This document shows positions 25,870 to 34,659 of a stretch of DNA of 64,000 nucleotides, piece after piece. A program made the position numbers and the translations under genes. Origin of the DNA: Deltaproteobacteria bacterium (GTDB lineage Bacteria > Desulfobacterota > Binatia > UBA1149 > SPBQ01). The notes beneath the pieces are model-generated. The model saw only the letters and a list, made by a program, of their open reading frames with translations. It was not told where the DNA came from and did not search any database. The DNA lies in contig JAJCZM010000053.1 of the NCBI GenBank assembly GCA_029262375.1, forward strand, positions 29,400 through 93,399. The letters are read 5' to 3'. The number at the start of each line of letters is the position of its first letter. The first letter of the stretch is position 1.

Positions 25870-27339
25870 ATGAAGGCCGGAAATTCGACGTCGTCGCCCG
25901 GTGTGAGGCGAAAAATTCCTCCCCGAAAAGAGTCACGCACCGCGGCGGCGGCGGCGACTACAAGCCTTCGATTTCTCGGCGCCGCCCAAACGGTAACCGG
26001 CTCGCGATTCGTCGTGGAGCATGACGGTGCTTCTGTACTCGTCGATTGCGGTCTGTACCAAGGCCACAAATCGCTACGGGAGCGCAACTGGAAGCCTCCG
26101 ACTTACCCCATCTCGAAGCTCGATGCCGTCGTGCTCACGCACGCACACATAGACCACTCCGGGTATCTTCCGCGCCTGTGTCGCCTCGGGTATCGCGGGC
26201 CGACCTATGTGACCGACGGTAGCGCCGCGCTTCTCGACATACTGCTGCCGGACGCCGCGCATCTTCAGGAAGAAGCCGCCGCGTACGCCAACCGAAAGAA
26301 GTTCTCCAAGCACGATCCCGCACTTCCGCTCTATACGATCGACGACGCGCACATGGCCCTCGACGGGCTCCGACGTGTTCCGTATCGGACGGCGTTTCAT
26401 CCCGCGAAGGCCTTCGATGCGTCGTTCTTTCCGGCCGGACACTTGCTGGGCTCGTCATCGGTTCTGTTGCACTGGGGAAGCGGCTCATCTCGCCGTACCG
26501 CGTTGTTCAGTGGCGACCTCGGCCGTTACGACAGTTGTTTCATGGCTGATCCGCACCCTCCGACCGGCACCGTCGACTACCTCATCATCGAATCGACTTA
26601 CGGCGATCGCTTGCATGAGAGCGACGATCCGAGCGACCAACTCGCGCAGGTCATTAACGACACGGTGGATCGTGACGGAGTCTTGCTCATTCCTGCGTTC
26701 GCGGTAGGGCGTACGCAGGAGATTCTATTCTACTTATCGCGGCTCGAGACGGCTGGTGCGATTCCGAGTCTACCCGTGTTCGTGGATTCTCCGATGGCGG
26801 TAAGCGCCTCCGATACGTACGGTCGATTCCGCGATGATCTGAATTTCGAATGGGATGAGCACGTAAACCGCCTGGCGACGCCGCAAACCACGTTCGTGCG
26901 CTCGGTACGCGAATCCAAGCGACTGCACGAACTCGATGGACCGGCGATTATCATGAGTGCGAGCGGAATGGCGACCGGCGGTCGCGTACTACACCATCTT
27001 GCGCGCAGAATCGGAGACCCGCGCAATACGGTGCTGTTCGCAGGCTTTCAAGTGGATGGCACCCGAGGTCGCAAGCTCATCGAGGGAGCCGAAACGATCA
27101 GGATGCTAGGCGAGGACTTCCCGGTACGGTGCCACGTCACCCATCTGGAAGGAATGAGCGCGCACGCGGATCGCGCGCAATTGCTTCGGTGGACCAAGTC
27201 TCTCGGTTGCACGCCGCGCCGCACGTTCGTCGTACACGGTGAGCCGGCGTCGGCAGAGGCTCTGGCGCAGTCGCTGCGCGAGGAACTCGGACACAAGGCC
27301 GAAGTGCCGAGCATCGATACGATAGTCGATCTCGACTAA
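25870..27339 (+). CDS. MBL-fold metallo-hydrolase of the beta-CASP type (RNA-metabolising family)
   Basis: LRFLGAAQTVTGSRFVVEHDGASVLVDCGLYQG, VVLTHAHIDHSGYLPRL, beta-CASP region IPAFAVGRTQEILF, C-terminal SAHAD. Confidence 0.85.
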   Translation: MKAGNSTSSPGVRRKIPPRKESRTAAAAATTSLRFLGAAQTVTGSRFVVEHDGASVLVDCGLYQGHKSLRERNWKPPTYPISKLDAVVLTHAHIDHSGYLPRLCRLGYRGPTYVTDGSAALLDILLPDAAHLQEEAAAYANRKKFSKHDPALPLYTIDDAHMALDGLRRVPYRTAFHPAKAFDASFFPAGHLLGSSSVLLHWGSGSSRRTALFSGDLGRYDSCFMADPHPPTGTVDYLIIESTYGDRLHESDDPSDQLAQVINDTVDRDGVLLIPAFAVGRTQEILFYLSRLETAGAIPSLPVFVDSPMAVSASDTYGRFRDDLNFEWDEHVNRLATPQTTFVRSVRESKRLHELDGPAIIMSASGMATGGRVLHHLARRIGDPRNTVLFAGFQVDGTRGRKLIEGAETIRMLGEDFPVRCHVTHLEGMSAHADRAQLLRWTKSLGCTPRRTFVVHGEPASAEALAQSLREELGHKAEVPSIDTIVDLD

Positions 27340-27415
27340 GCCGGACCGTCAGGTAGCAAGCGCGGTCACGCCGCCAGTCCGCAAGGCTGACTACGGAAAC
27401 AGGCCGTAAGGCCGA

Positions 27416-28210
27416 TTATGAATTGATAATTTCGTCGGGAAACTCGACCACACGATCGGCCAACGTCAGGATCAGGAAGCGGTGTGCTTGTTCGGCAGCG
27501 GCTTCCCATCCGATCGACGGCCACCAGCGACCTACGACCCTGGCCTCGGCCGCCTTGGAGACGTGATCGTCGGCGAATCCGAGTGAGTGTTCGGTGTCGA
27601 CGGCGGGATCGTTCTGCGCGCCGAACACGATGGTCGGCGGTTGCGACGCGGGGCGCTCGAAGGCCACTCCGCCGGCGAGATCTTTCATGAATGTCGCAGG
27701 TTCCGGCGAGACGTCGGTCTTTTGATACGCCCCAGCTCGATGTTTCTCGGGCACTTCCACGATAGCGCCGCTGTGTTTGGCGAAGCGGCGTTTGCCGAAG
27801 AAGCCGAGCGAGTTCGTGAATGATTCGACGGCGCGTTCCGGCTCACTCGGCGCGAACAGCCCGAGTGCCATCGGCTTGGTCTGCTCGAGCGTCGCCAGTG
27901 CCATGGCGGCACCGACATCGGAGCCGAAGATGATGAGCTTCTCGCCCAGACGCTCCGAAGCTCTCACTACATCGGCAAGCGCCTCATCCCAGGATTTATC
28001 TTTTTCGTCGATCTTTCCGCTGGCCATGTCGCGCACGAGACGAGGCAGCAGGTACACCTCCCAACCTCTATGCGCGAGTATGGAGGTGACTCCGCGCCAA
28101 CAGATCGCAGACTGAAACAGACCCGGAAGGATGAGAATAGGTGCGTGGTAACGCGCCGCCTCGGGCGGCTCCATGTGAAGAACGATGTCTCCGACGGCAA
28201 CCGAACGCAT
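27416..28210 (-). CDS. Alpha/beta hydrolase fold protein
   Basis: PILILPGLFQS...GWEVYLLPR and an elbow-like FGSDVGAAMA. The family is generic. Confidence 0.6.
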   Translation of the reverse strand: MRSVAVGDIVLHMEPPEAARYHAPILILPGLFQSAICWRGVTSILAHRGWEVYLLPRLVRDMASGKIDEKDKSWDEALADVVRASERLGEKLIIFGSDVGAAMALATLEQTKPMALGLFAPSEPERAVESFTNSLGFFGKRRFAKHSGAIVEVPEKHRAGAYQKTDVSPEPATFMKDLAGGVAFERPASQPPTIVFGAQNDPAVDTEHSLGFADDHVSKAAEARVVGRWWPSIGWEAAAEQAHRFLILTLADRVVEFPDEIINS

Positions 28211-28306
28211 GAACGCAGGCTAGTGGGGGCGGGTGTGAATGGCGAATCCGATCCTCTACGTTGACGCCGACGCGACGAGCAGTAACGTCGAACAGGAGAT
28301 CCGTTC

Positions 28307-29467
28307 ATGCCCGATCGTCCAGAACCCATCACCGCGCCGCCGAGCGAACGCGAAATGGCGTCGCGCATCGCGGCTCTACGGGCACGCTTGGCCGAAAACC
28401 GCCTCGATGCCTACGTCGTTTTCGATCCCGACAATATTTTCTATCTGACGAACTTCGCGAACTACGTGCACGAGCGCCCGTTCGTACTGGTGGTGCCGGT
28501 CGAAGGTACGGTGTCGTTCGTGGTTCCGGAGCTCGAGTGCGCGCATGTGCGAATACGCGCCGTGGGACCTATCGAACTCGTAACTTACTTCGAGTTCCCG
28601 GCGCCGGCGGGTGAAGCGTGGTCGGATCGGCTTGCATCCGTACTGCCGAGCGCCGGTCGAATCGGGATCGAACCGGTCTGTCCGGTTTACCTCGCGCACG
28701 CATTGCCCGGCGAGGCGGTGCGCACCGCCCTCGTGGACGACGCGCGTATGGTGAAATCCGATTACGAGATCGGGCGGCTCGCGCATGCCGGCCGCATCGT
28801 GAGCGACGGCCATCGTGAACTCTTGGCGGGGTGCCGACCCGGTGAATTGGCGATCTCTCTGTTCGGGTCGGTGACGCGCTCGATGATCACGCAGATGCTC
28901 ACCGATATGCCGCATGCGAACATGCTTGCGAGTAAGTTTGCCGCCATCGTGCAGCCGCCGAGTCTTTCGCACGACCCTCACAATTTCACCGATACCTTCG
29001 TCGCACTCGAAGAGGGCGGACCGCACGTGAGCGTCATCAACTGTCGGGTGAATGGTTACGGTGCGGAGATCGAGCGAACTTTCTTTCTAGGATCGGTTCC
29101 CGATGCCGCGCGTGCTCCGTTCGAGGCGATGATGGCCGCACGCCGCCTGGTCTTCGAGCGTCTCGTCCCCGGGGCGGATACAGGCGAGATCGACGCAGCG
29201 GTGCGAAGCCTCTTCGAGACGGCCGGCTACGGCGACCGAATGCTTCATCGAAGTGGACACAGTTTCGGCGTTACCGGCCACGAGGCGCCGTTTCTGGCAG
29301 TGGGAGAGAGCCGCGAGGTCGAGCCCGGGATGCTCTTCAGTATTGAGCCGGGGATATACATCCCCGGTATCGGTGGCTTTCGGCACTCCGATACGGTCCT
29401 GGTCGCCGAATCGGGCAACGTCAGTCTGACGGACGGACCCGATCAGCTCGCGGATCTCGTCTTCTGA
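28307..29467 (+). CDS. M24 family metallopeptidase (Xaa-Pro aminopeptidase/creatinase-like)
   Basis: Creatinase_N-like RIAALRARLAENRLDAYVVFDPDNIFYLTNF. Pita-bread motifs HRSGHSFGVTGHE, GMLFSIEPGIY and GGFRHSDTVLV. Confidence 0.85.
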   Translation: MPDRPEPITAPPSEREMASRIAALRARLAENRLDAYVVFDPDNIFYLTNFANYVHERPFVLVVPVEGTVSFVVPELECAHVRIRAVGPIELVTYFEFPAPAGEAWSDRLASVLPSAGRIGIEPVCPVYLAHALPGEAVRTALVDDARMVKSDYEIGRLAHAGRIVSDGHRELLAGCRPGELAISLFGSVTRSMITQMLTDMPHANMLASKFAAIVQPPSLSHDPHNFTDTFVALEEGGPHVSVINCRVNGYGAEIERTFFLGSVPDAARAPFEAMMAARRLVFERLVPGADTGEIDAAVRSLFETAGYGDRMLHRSGHSFGVTGHEAPFLAVGESREVEPGMLFSIEPGIYIPGIGGFRHSDTVLVAESGNVSLTDGPDQLADLVF

Positions 29468-29489
29468 TGCGCGGGCAGGCCTGGTAATA

Positions 29490-29537
29490 CCGCGGCGCGC
29501 GGGCGATAAACGCCGGCGCGCCGCGGCTTTATTTTCT
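29490..29537 (+). terminator. Rho-independent terminator
   Basis: A 16-nt stem CCGCGGCGCGCGGGCG / CGCCGGCGCGCCGCGG with one central mismatch and a 5-nt loop ATAAA is followed by CTTTATTTTCT. Confidence 0.8.
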
Positions 29538-29567
29538 AAGTCACCCGCGGCTTCGGAGAACAGATAA

Positions 29568-31262
29568 GTGTACCGAGAGCTTCGCGAAGCGTGGGGGCAG
29601 TTGACCACCGAAGGCGCCCCCTTCGAAATTGTAGAATCTGAAGTCCTGGGACGACGTCTGCGCACTTACAAGGCGGCACCGCCCTCGCTACGTGACGTCT
29701 GGGTACCCACCGCCGGATACGGCGACAACGACTACATTGTCTACGCCGACGAACGTTGGACTTACAACCAAGCGCATCGCGATGTTGCCGCCATCGCGAG
29801 CTGGTTGGTCGCGCAGGGCGTGGAGCCCGGCGATCGTGTCGCGATTGCGATGCGTAACTACCCGGAATGGATGCTCCTTTACTGGGCCACCGTTTCGATC
29901 GGTGCTGCTACCGTGGGAATGAACGCCTGGTGGGTCGGGGCGGAAATGGTCTACGCTCTGCAAGACGCGCGGCCGAAGGTTCTCATCTGCGACGAAGAGC
30001 GACTTGCGCGTTATCTCGAAGTGCGAGACCAGGCGCCGCCCGTGAAGGTGATAGCGGTTCGAACCAACGGCGCGCCGGCCGACGGAGTGGAGCCGTTCTC
30101 CGTCATGACTGCCGGCGGAGGTGAGATGCCCGACGTCGCCATCGATACCGATAGCGACGCATGTATCTTCTACACATCGGGAACGACCGGCCGCCCGAAG
30201 GGCGCGCAACTCACCCATCGCGGTTGTGTCCACAATCTCATGAGCATGGCGTTCTGGAATGCTGCGCAGTCGATGGCGCGAACCGCAGCAGGCAAGGCGC
30301 GTGAAAGCGAAGCGACGCCCGGTCCGCTGTCGGCGCTGGTCGTCACGCCGCTCTTCCATGTAACGGCGAACAACTGTGTCGCGCATGGCGCGACCGCCAC
30401 GGGCGGTAAGCTCGTCTTGATGTACAAGTGGGAGCCGGGCGAAGCGCTTCGACTCGTCGAGGCCGAGAAGGTCACTAACTTCAGCGGTGTGCCGACGATG
30501 GCGCGCGAACTGGTTTCGCACCCGGACTTCGAGAAGACCGATACCTCGAGTCTCAAGTCGGTCGGCGGCGGTGGTGCGCAGATTCAGCCTGACCTCGTCG
30601 ATAAGATCGAGAAGTCGGGTAGCGGTCGTCCCGGTACCGGTTATGGCATGACCGAGGCCTGCGGAATCATCACAATGAACTCGGCCGACTACTTCGTCGA
30701 TAAGCCCGAGAGTGCCGGGCCGGCGATGCCGTGTTTCGAAGCGCAGTGCGTTGACGCGAACGGCAATCCCGTCGCGCAAGGCGAGGTTGGCGAACTGTGG
30801 GTGCGCGGTGCGCAAGTGATTCGCGGATATATCAACCGCCCCGAAGCCACCGACGAGAGCATCACCGACGGCTGGCTACATACCGGCGACATCGCTCGCA
30901 TCGACAAGGACGAATTCATCTTCATCGTCGATCGTGCCAAGGACATGGTGCTACGCGGCGGGGAGAACGTGTACTGCGCCGAAGTCGAGGCGGGGATCTT
31001 CGAACACCCCGACGTTACCGAGGCTGCCGCGTTCGGCGTACCCGATGATCGATTGGGTGAAGAAGTCGGCGCCGCGGTCGTGGTTCGCGCGGGCGCAACG
31101 TTGACCGCCGATGCCCTGCGCGCGCACCTGACCGAGCATCTCTCGAAGTACAAGATTCCGCGCTATCTGTGGTTCCAGACCAACCCGTTGCCGCGCAATG
31201 CGAGCGGGAAGTTCCTGAAGCGCGAATTGCGCGATACGCTCGATACCAACGACGCCGTCTGA
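29568..31262 (+). CDS. AMP-dependent acyl-CoA synthetase/ligase (class I adenylate-forming enzyme)
   Basis: IFYTSGTTGRPKGAQLTH, GYGMTE, WLHTGDIARIDKDEFIFIVDRAKDMVLRGGENVY, PRNASGKFLKREL. Confidence 0.9.
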   Translation: MYRELREAWGQLTTEGAPFEIVESEVLGRRLRTYKAAPPSLRDVWVPTAGYGDNDYIVYADERWTYNQAHRDVAAIASWLVAQGVEPGDRVAIAMRNYPEWMLLYWATVSIGAATVGMNAWWVGAEMVYALQDARPKVLICDEERLARYLEVRDQAPPVKVIAVRTNGAPADGVEPFSVMTAGGGEMPDVAIDTDSDACIFYTSGTTGRPKGAQLTHRGCVHNLMSMAFWNAAQSMARTAAGKARESEATPGPLSALVVTPLFHVTANNCVAHGATATGGKLVLMYKWEPGEALRLVEAEKVTNFSGVPTMARELVSHPDFEKTDTSSLKSVGGGGAQIQPDLVDKIEKSGSGRPGTGYGMTEACGIITMNSADYFVDKPESAGPAMPCFEAQCVDANGNPVAQGEVGELWVRGAQVIRGYINRPEATDESITDGWLHTGDIARIDKDEFIFIVDRAKDMVLRGGENVYCAEVEAGIFEHPDVTEAAAFGVPDDRLGEEVGAAVVVRAGATLTADALRAHLTEHLSKYKIPRYLWFQTNPLPRNASGKFLKRELRDTLDTNDAV

Positions 31263-31288
31263 CGTCTTCGCGTCCTCCCTTTTTCGTT

Positions 31289-33727
31289 CTACGGCGCCGG
31301 TGGGAAGATGCAGCTGACACCGAGGTTGAGGAACGCGCAGGCGAGATCTCCCTGCACCGAGATGTTCGTCGTTTGCACCTCCGATTCCTTGCCCCAGCCA
31401 CAGCCGGGCCCATCCGGATCGGGGAAAAACGAGGTGTCTGACAGCGTCGCGATGTCCACACCGTAGCCTTCGCCGTGCAGGTGGTCGTCGTCACAGCCGA
31501 AGTCCACGCCGACGTTTCGCAGCTGACACAGCGGAATGACGAATCCGCCGACCAGCAGACCCGACACTGAAATTGGCGGACCGTCGTAGCAGAGCTCGCA
31601 CATGCAGGTTTCGGGGGTACAGACTTCCCCCTCCATGCAGCCCACATCGGCGGTGTCGGGCCCTACGGTGACAACATCGCAGTTCTCTAAACCGGGAGTA
31701 AACACCCCATCGCCGCAGCGTTGCGTGACGAGCCCGCATTCGCACCGCGTGGTACACGAGTCTCCCTCTGTTACGCAGCCGCTGGGTACCGCGAGCGGGT
31801 CGCAGTGCTCACCTGGATCGATGACGCCGTTCGGGTCGCACGGGAACTCCGTGCACGTGCATCGCAGCTCATTGCACGTGAGCGGATCGGGGCACATGAC
31901 ACCGACTTCACAGGCTTCTCCGGCTTCGAGCGTACCGTTGGGGCACAGGGGCTCGCCGGTATCCGGAACGCACTGGCAGTTCGCTAGATTGCACTGTTGC
32001 TGCGCAGGACAGCCGCCGGCGGCGCGGTCGCACTGTTCGGCTCCTTGTAGGATGCCGTCGCCGCAGTACGGTCCGGGATTGCAGACACAGTTCGGTGCGC
32101 AGACGTCACTGGGGTTCACGCAGCCGGTCGGATTGGCGGTCGGATCGCACGGCTCGCCAGCATCGACGGTTCCGTTGCCGCACAGCTTCGGCTTGTAGCA
32201 CATGCAATCAATCCCGCTGCAGAACTGGCCGGCAGGGCAGGTGGGTGTCGGGAACTCACACTGTTCCGGCAGAGTGAGAATGCCGTCCTCGCATTGCGAC
32301 AGTGAGCAAGTGCAGTCGGTCATGTTGCACGCCGCCGCCGGATTCGCGCACGCGATACCGACCTCACATTGTTCCGGAGCGACCAAGACCCCATCGCCGC
32401 AACCGCAGGTGATCGCAGAACCGCTTTGGATTTCGAGCGCATCGATGTCGTCGGTCAGATCGAGCCCAAGCGCGATCTCGTCTACCGCGAGCTGGTTGGT
32501 GCCGTTGCCCTGCGACACGAAGATGTCGGCCGCTGCTTCGCCGAATACGTGCTGCGCGTTGACCGCACTGCCGGGCGCACCGACTGAAGCCGGAGACACT
32601 GAGAATAGGATGTAGTCTTCGTTGTTGAAGATGCCGTCGTCATCGATGTCTTGGACTACCAGTGCATCAACTTCATCGCTTTCAAGTAGGCCGATGTTGG
32701 CCGCCGATAGGATCTGGCTGGTTGCACCGCCGGACGAGCGGAAGATCGATGCGCCTCCCGTACCGTTTCCGGCCACGCTGAGGAAGTACGGATTGCCGCT
32801 ACTGCCGAAGTCCAACGCGTCGAGATCGTCGGTCGGGTCGCCGGCCAGGTCGTGCGGGTGCAGTCCGAGCGCGATCTCGTCTCGCGATAGTGTGTTGGTT
32901 CCGAGCGCGGTTCCGCCCTGGCTCGAAAAGATGTCGCCGGCATAGGTTTCCGTCTGTGACTCATCGCGTGCTGCACTGCCGCTGAGGCCGGTGCTGCGTG
33001 GCGAATCGGCGAGCGAGAAGAAGTATGTGTACGGCGAATGTACGTATCCGCCGAACGAGATGCCGTCTAGTTCATCGCTGGTTGCGAGACCCAATGCGCT
33101 CTCTTCGACGGCCAGCGTATTGTCGCCGGCTGCCGCCGGTGCATGCTCGCCGGTCCCTGCGCTCGTGTAGAGGTCAGCGGAGTGTTCGCTGACCGCAGAC
33201 TCTGCAGCAACGTCGCTTCCGGGTACGCCCGAGCTTCCGGCCGTCACTCCGAAGCTCAGGCCGGCTTCCGGAATTTCGAAGGTTGGGCACGTCGTCGATG
33301 TCGTCGTGCTACCGCCTCCGTCGCAGGCGGGGCAGTTCGCAGTGATGCTCTGGCCGACCGCCAGTGCGAGCGTGAGCAATGCGTCGGCTGCGGTGACTGC
33401 GCCGCTCCCGTTGACGTCGCACACGCACAGAACGCACGATTGTAGCCCGACGGCTGCTTGCAGAACGAGCAATGCATCGGTGGCGGTGATGATGGCCGCG
33501 CTTCCGGGTGCCGGTTCGCCGTTAGAAGTCGCGACCAAAGCAATCGGATCTCCACAGACCTGCGTCGTGGCGGATGCATGAATGGCGGCTGTGCGAGTCT
33601 GTGCCGTCGTCTCGGCAGCGGGCGCCAGTAGCCACGCTGCGGTGACGAACGTCGCCAGTGCCATCGTGACGGGCGCCACGCGGCGCACGAAGAAATCTTC
33701 AATCGCTTGGGTCGAGTGATCGGCCAT
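31289..33727 (-). CDS. Large secreted protein D: N-terminal dockerin-like module, 4 ALGL...DxLDAL repeats, 7 six-Cys repeats, Cys-containing C-terminal domain
   Basis: I used the internal ATG at 33727, with AAGGAG 7 nt upstream. The signal-like segment is VAPVTMALATFVTAAWLLAPAAETTAQ. The dockerin-like segment (about 33337-33560) includes CDVNGSGAVTAADALLTL. Six-Cys repeats CG[DN]G-x5-E-x-C...C...C...C-x-C x7 lie at about 31589-32407. Confidence 0.8.
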   Translation of the reverse strand: MADHSTQAIEDFFVRRVAPVTMALATFVTAAWLLAPAAETTAQTRTAAIHASATTQVCGDPIALVATSNGEPAPGSAAIITATDALLVLQAAVGLQSCVLCVCDVNGSGAVTAADALLTLALAVGQSITANCPACDGGGSTTTSTTCPTFEIPEAGLSFGVTAGSSGVPGSDVAAESAVSEHSADLYTSAGTGEHAPAAAGDNTLAVEESALGLATSDELDGISFGGYVHSPYTYFFSLADSPRSTGLSGSAARDESQTETYAGDIFSSQGGTALGTNTLSRDEIALGLHPHDLAGDPTDDLDALDFGSSGNPYFLSVAGNGTGGASIFRSSGGATSQILSAANIGLLESDEVDALVVQDIDDDGIFNNEDYILFSVSPASVGAPGSAVNAQHVFGEAAADIFVSQGNGTNQLAVDEIALGLDLTDDIDALEIQSGSAITCGCGDGVLVAPEQCEVGIACANPAAACNMTDCTCSLSQCEDGILTLPEQCEFPTPTCPAGQFCSGIDCMCYKPKLCGNGTVDAGEPCDPTANPTGCVNPSDVCAPNCVCNPGPYCGDGILQGAEQCDRAAGGCPAQQQCNLANCQCVPDTGEPLCPNGTLEAGEACEVGVMCPDPLTCNELRCTCTEFPCDPNGVIDPGEHCDPLAVPSGCVTEGDSCTTRCECGLVTQRCGDGVFTPGLENCDVVTVGPDTADVGCMEGEVCTPETCMCELCYDGPPISVSGLLVGGFVIPLCQLRNVGVDFGCDDDHLHGEGYGVDIATLSDTSFFPDPDGPGCGWGKESEVQTTNISVQGDLACAFLNLGVSCIFPPAP

Positions 33728-33991
33728 GTCAGGGCTCCTTGACGGAGTATCGCCTACGCGCTTGCGACGAGGGCTCCGTGTTGACAGGTGATTGTCCAGA
33801 CATTTTGCAGTGAAGCGAGCAAGTTGGAGACAGGCGGCGGGGGACGGTGCGCGATTTGTCCACGCCCGGTCGTCCGTATATCCCATGGCTGGTTCGAGGC
33901 ACCGATTCGCGGTGTCCCGCGTCGCGTCACATCACGTTGCATCACGTCGTCCGGCCGACCACACGGCGGACAAGGCACGCAAGGATTTAGA

Positions 33992-34654
33992 ATGGATAGG
34001 GACTACGAACGCCGGCTTGTTTTGCACGGCATCATCATCATTTTCCTCGGTTTGATTGCGGGTTTTCCCTTTGTCACCGCAATTCAGAGCGGCACGGCCG
34101 AAAACGTGCGTGCCTGGCGCATGGCCCACATGGAAGGCGTCATCAACGGGCTGTTGATGCTTGCGATCGCCGGTGTCGGTAGCCGTATCGCGCTCGATGC
34201 ACGCAAGCAGGCGATCGCCTTCTGGGGGCTCATGATCACCGGCTATGGCAACATCATCGCTTCCATCGTCGGTGCCGTCACCGGCAACCGAGGTCTGGAG
34301 CCTGCCGGTCCGGTAGCAAACTACGTCGTGCTCGGCCTGTTCACGCTCGCCATCATCGGTGTCGTGGTCGCTCTGGCGCTGATTGCGTACGGCGCGCGCT
34401 CCGGCGGGAGCCCGGCGACCACCAAAGTCACCGTGGAAGTGAGCAGCGGCGGTACGACGAAGTCATCGACCGCGTCCAGGCCGGCAGCGAAAGTGCGGCC
34501 GTCGATCGATACGAGCGCAACCGTCACCAGCGTCAGTACCAGTGTCGATGTGGCCGTCGATGCAGACCATGACGAAGATGATGACGACGACGACGGCGGC
34601 GGCATGCAGCTGTCACGCTCCGAGCGACGTCGTCTGAAGAAGAAGGGGCGCTAG
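33992..34654 (+). CDS. Hypothetical 4-TM membrane protein with S/T-rich and poly-Asp/basic C-terminal tail
   Basis: Internal ATG of track ORF 33788..34654. TM segments are LHGIIIIFLGLIAGFPF, INGLLMLAIAGVG, FWGLMITGYGNIIASIVGA and VVLGLFTLAIIGVVVALALIAYG. The tail reads ...DADHDEDDDDDDGGGMQLSRSERRRLKKKGR. The core resembles, from memory only, styrene-oxide-isomerase-like membrane proteins. Confidence 0.6.
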   Translation: MDRDYERRLVLHGIIIIFLGLIAGFPFVTAIQSGTAENVRAWRMAHMEGVINGLLMLAIAGVGSRIALDARKQAIAFWGLMITGYGNIIASIVGAVTGNRGLEPAGPVANYVVLGLFTLAIIGVVVALALIAYGARSGGSPATTKVTVEVSSGGTTKSSTASRPAAKVRPSIDTSATVTSVSTSVDVAVDADHDEDDDDDDGGGMQLSRSERRRLKKKGR

Positions 34655-34659
34655 CTCGT

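Noticed and set aside
25140-26087. 315-aa minus-strand ORF
   Set aside because: It is antisense to the two usp genes and the start of the beta-CASP gene. It has no recognisable domain.
29688-30815. 375-aa minus-strand ORF
   Set aside because: It is antisense to the acyl-CoA synthetase gene.
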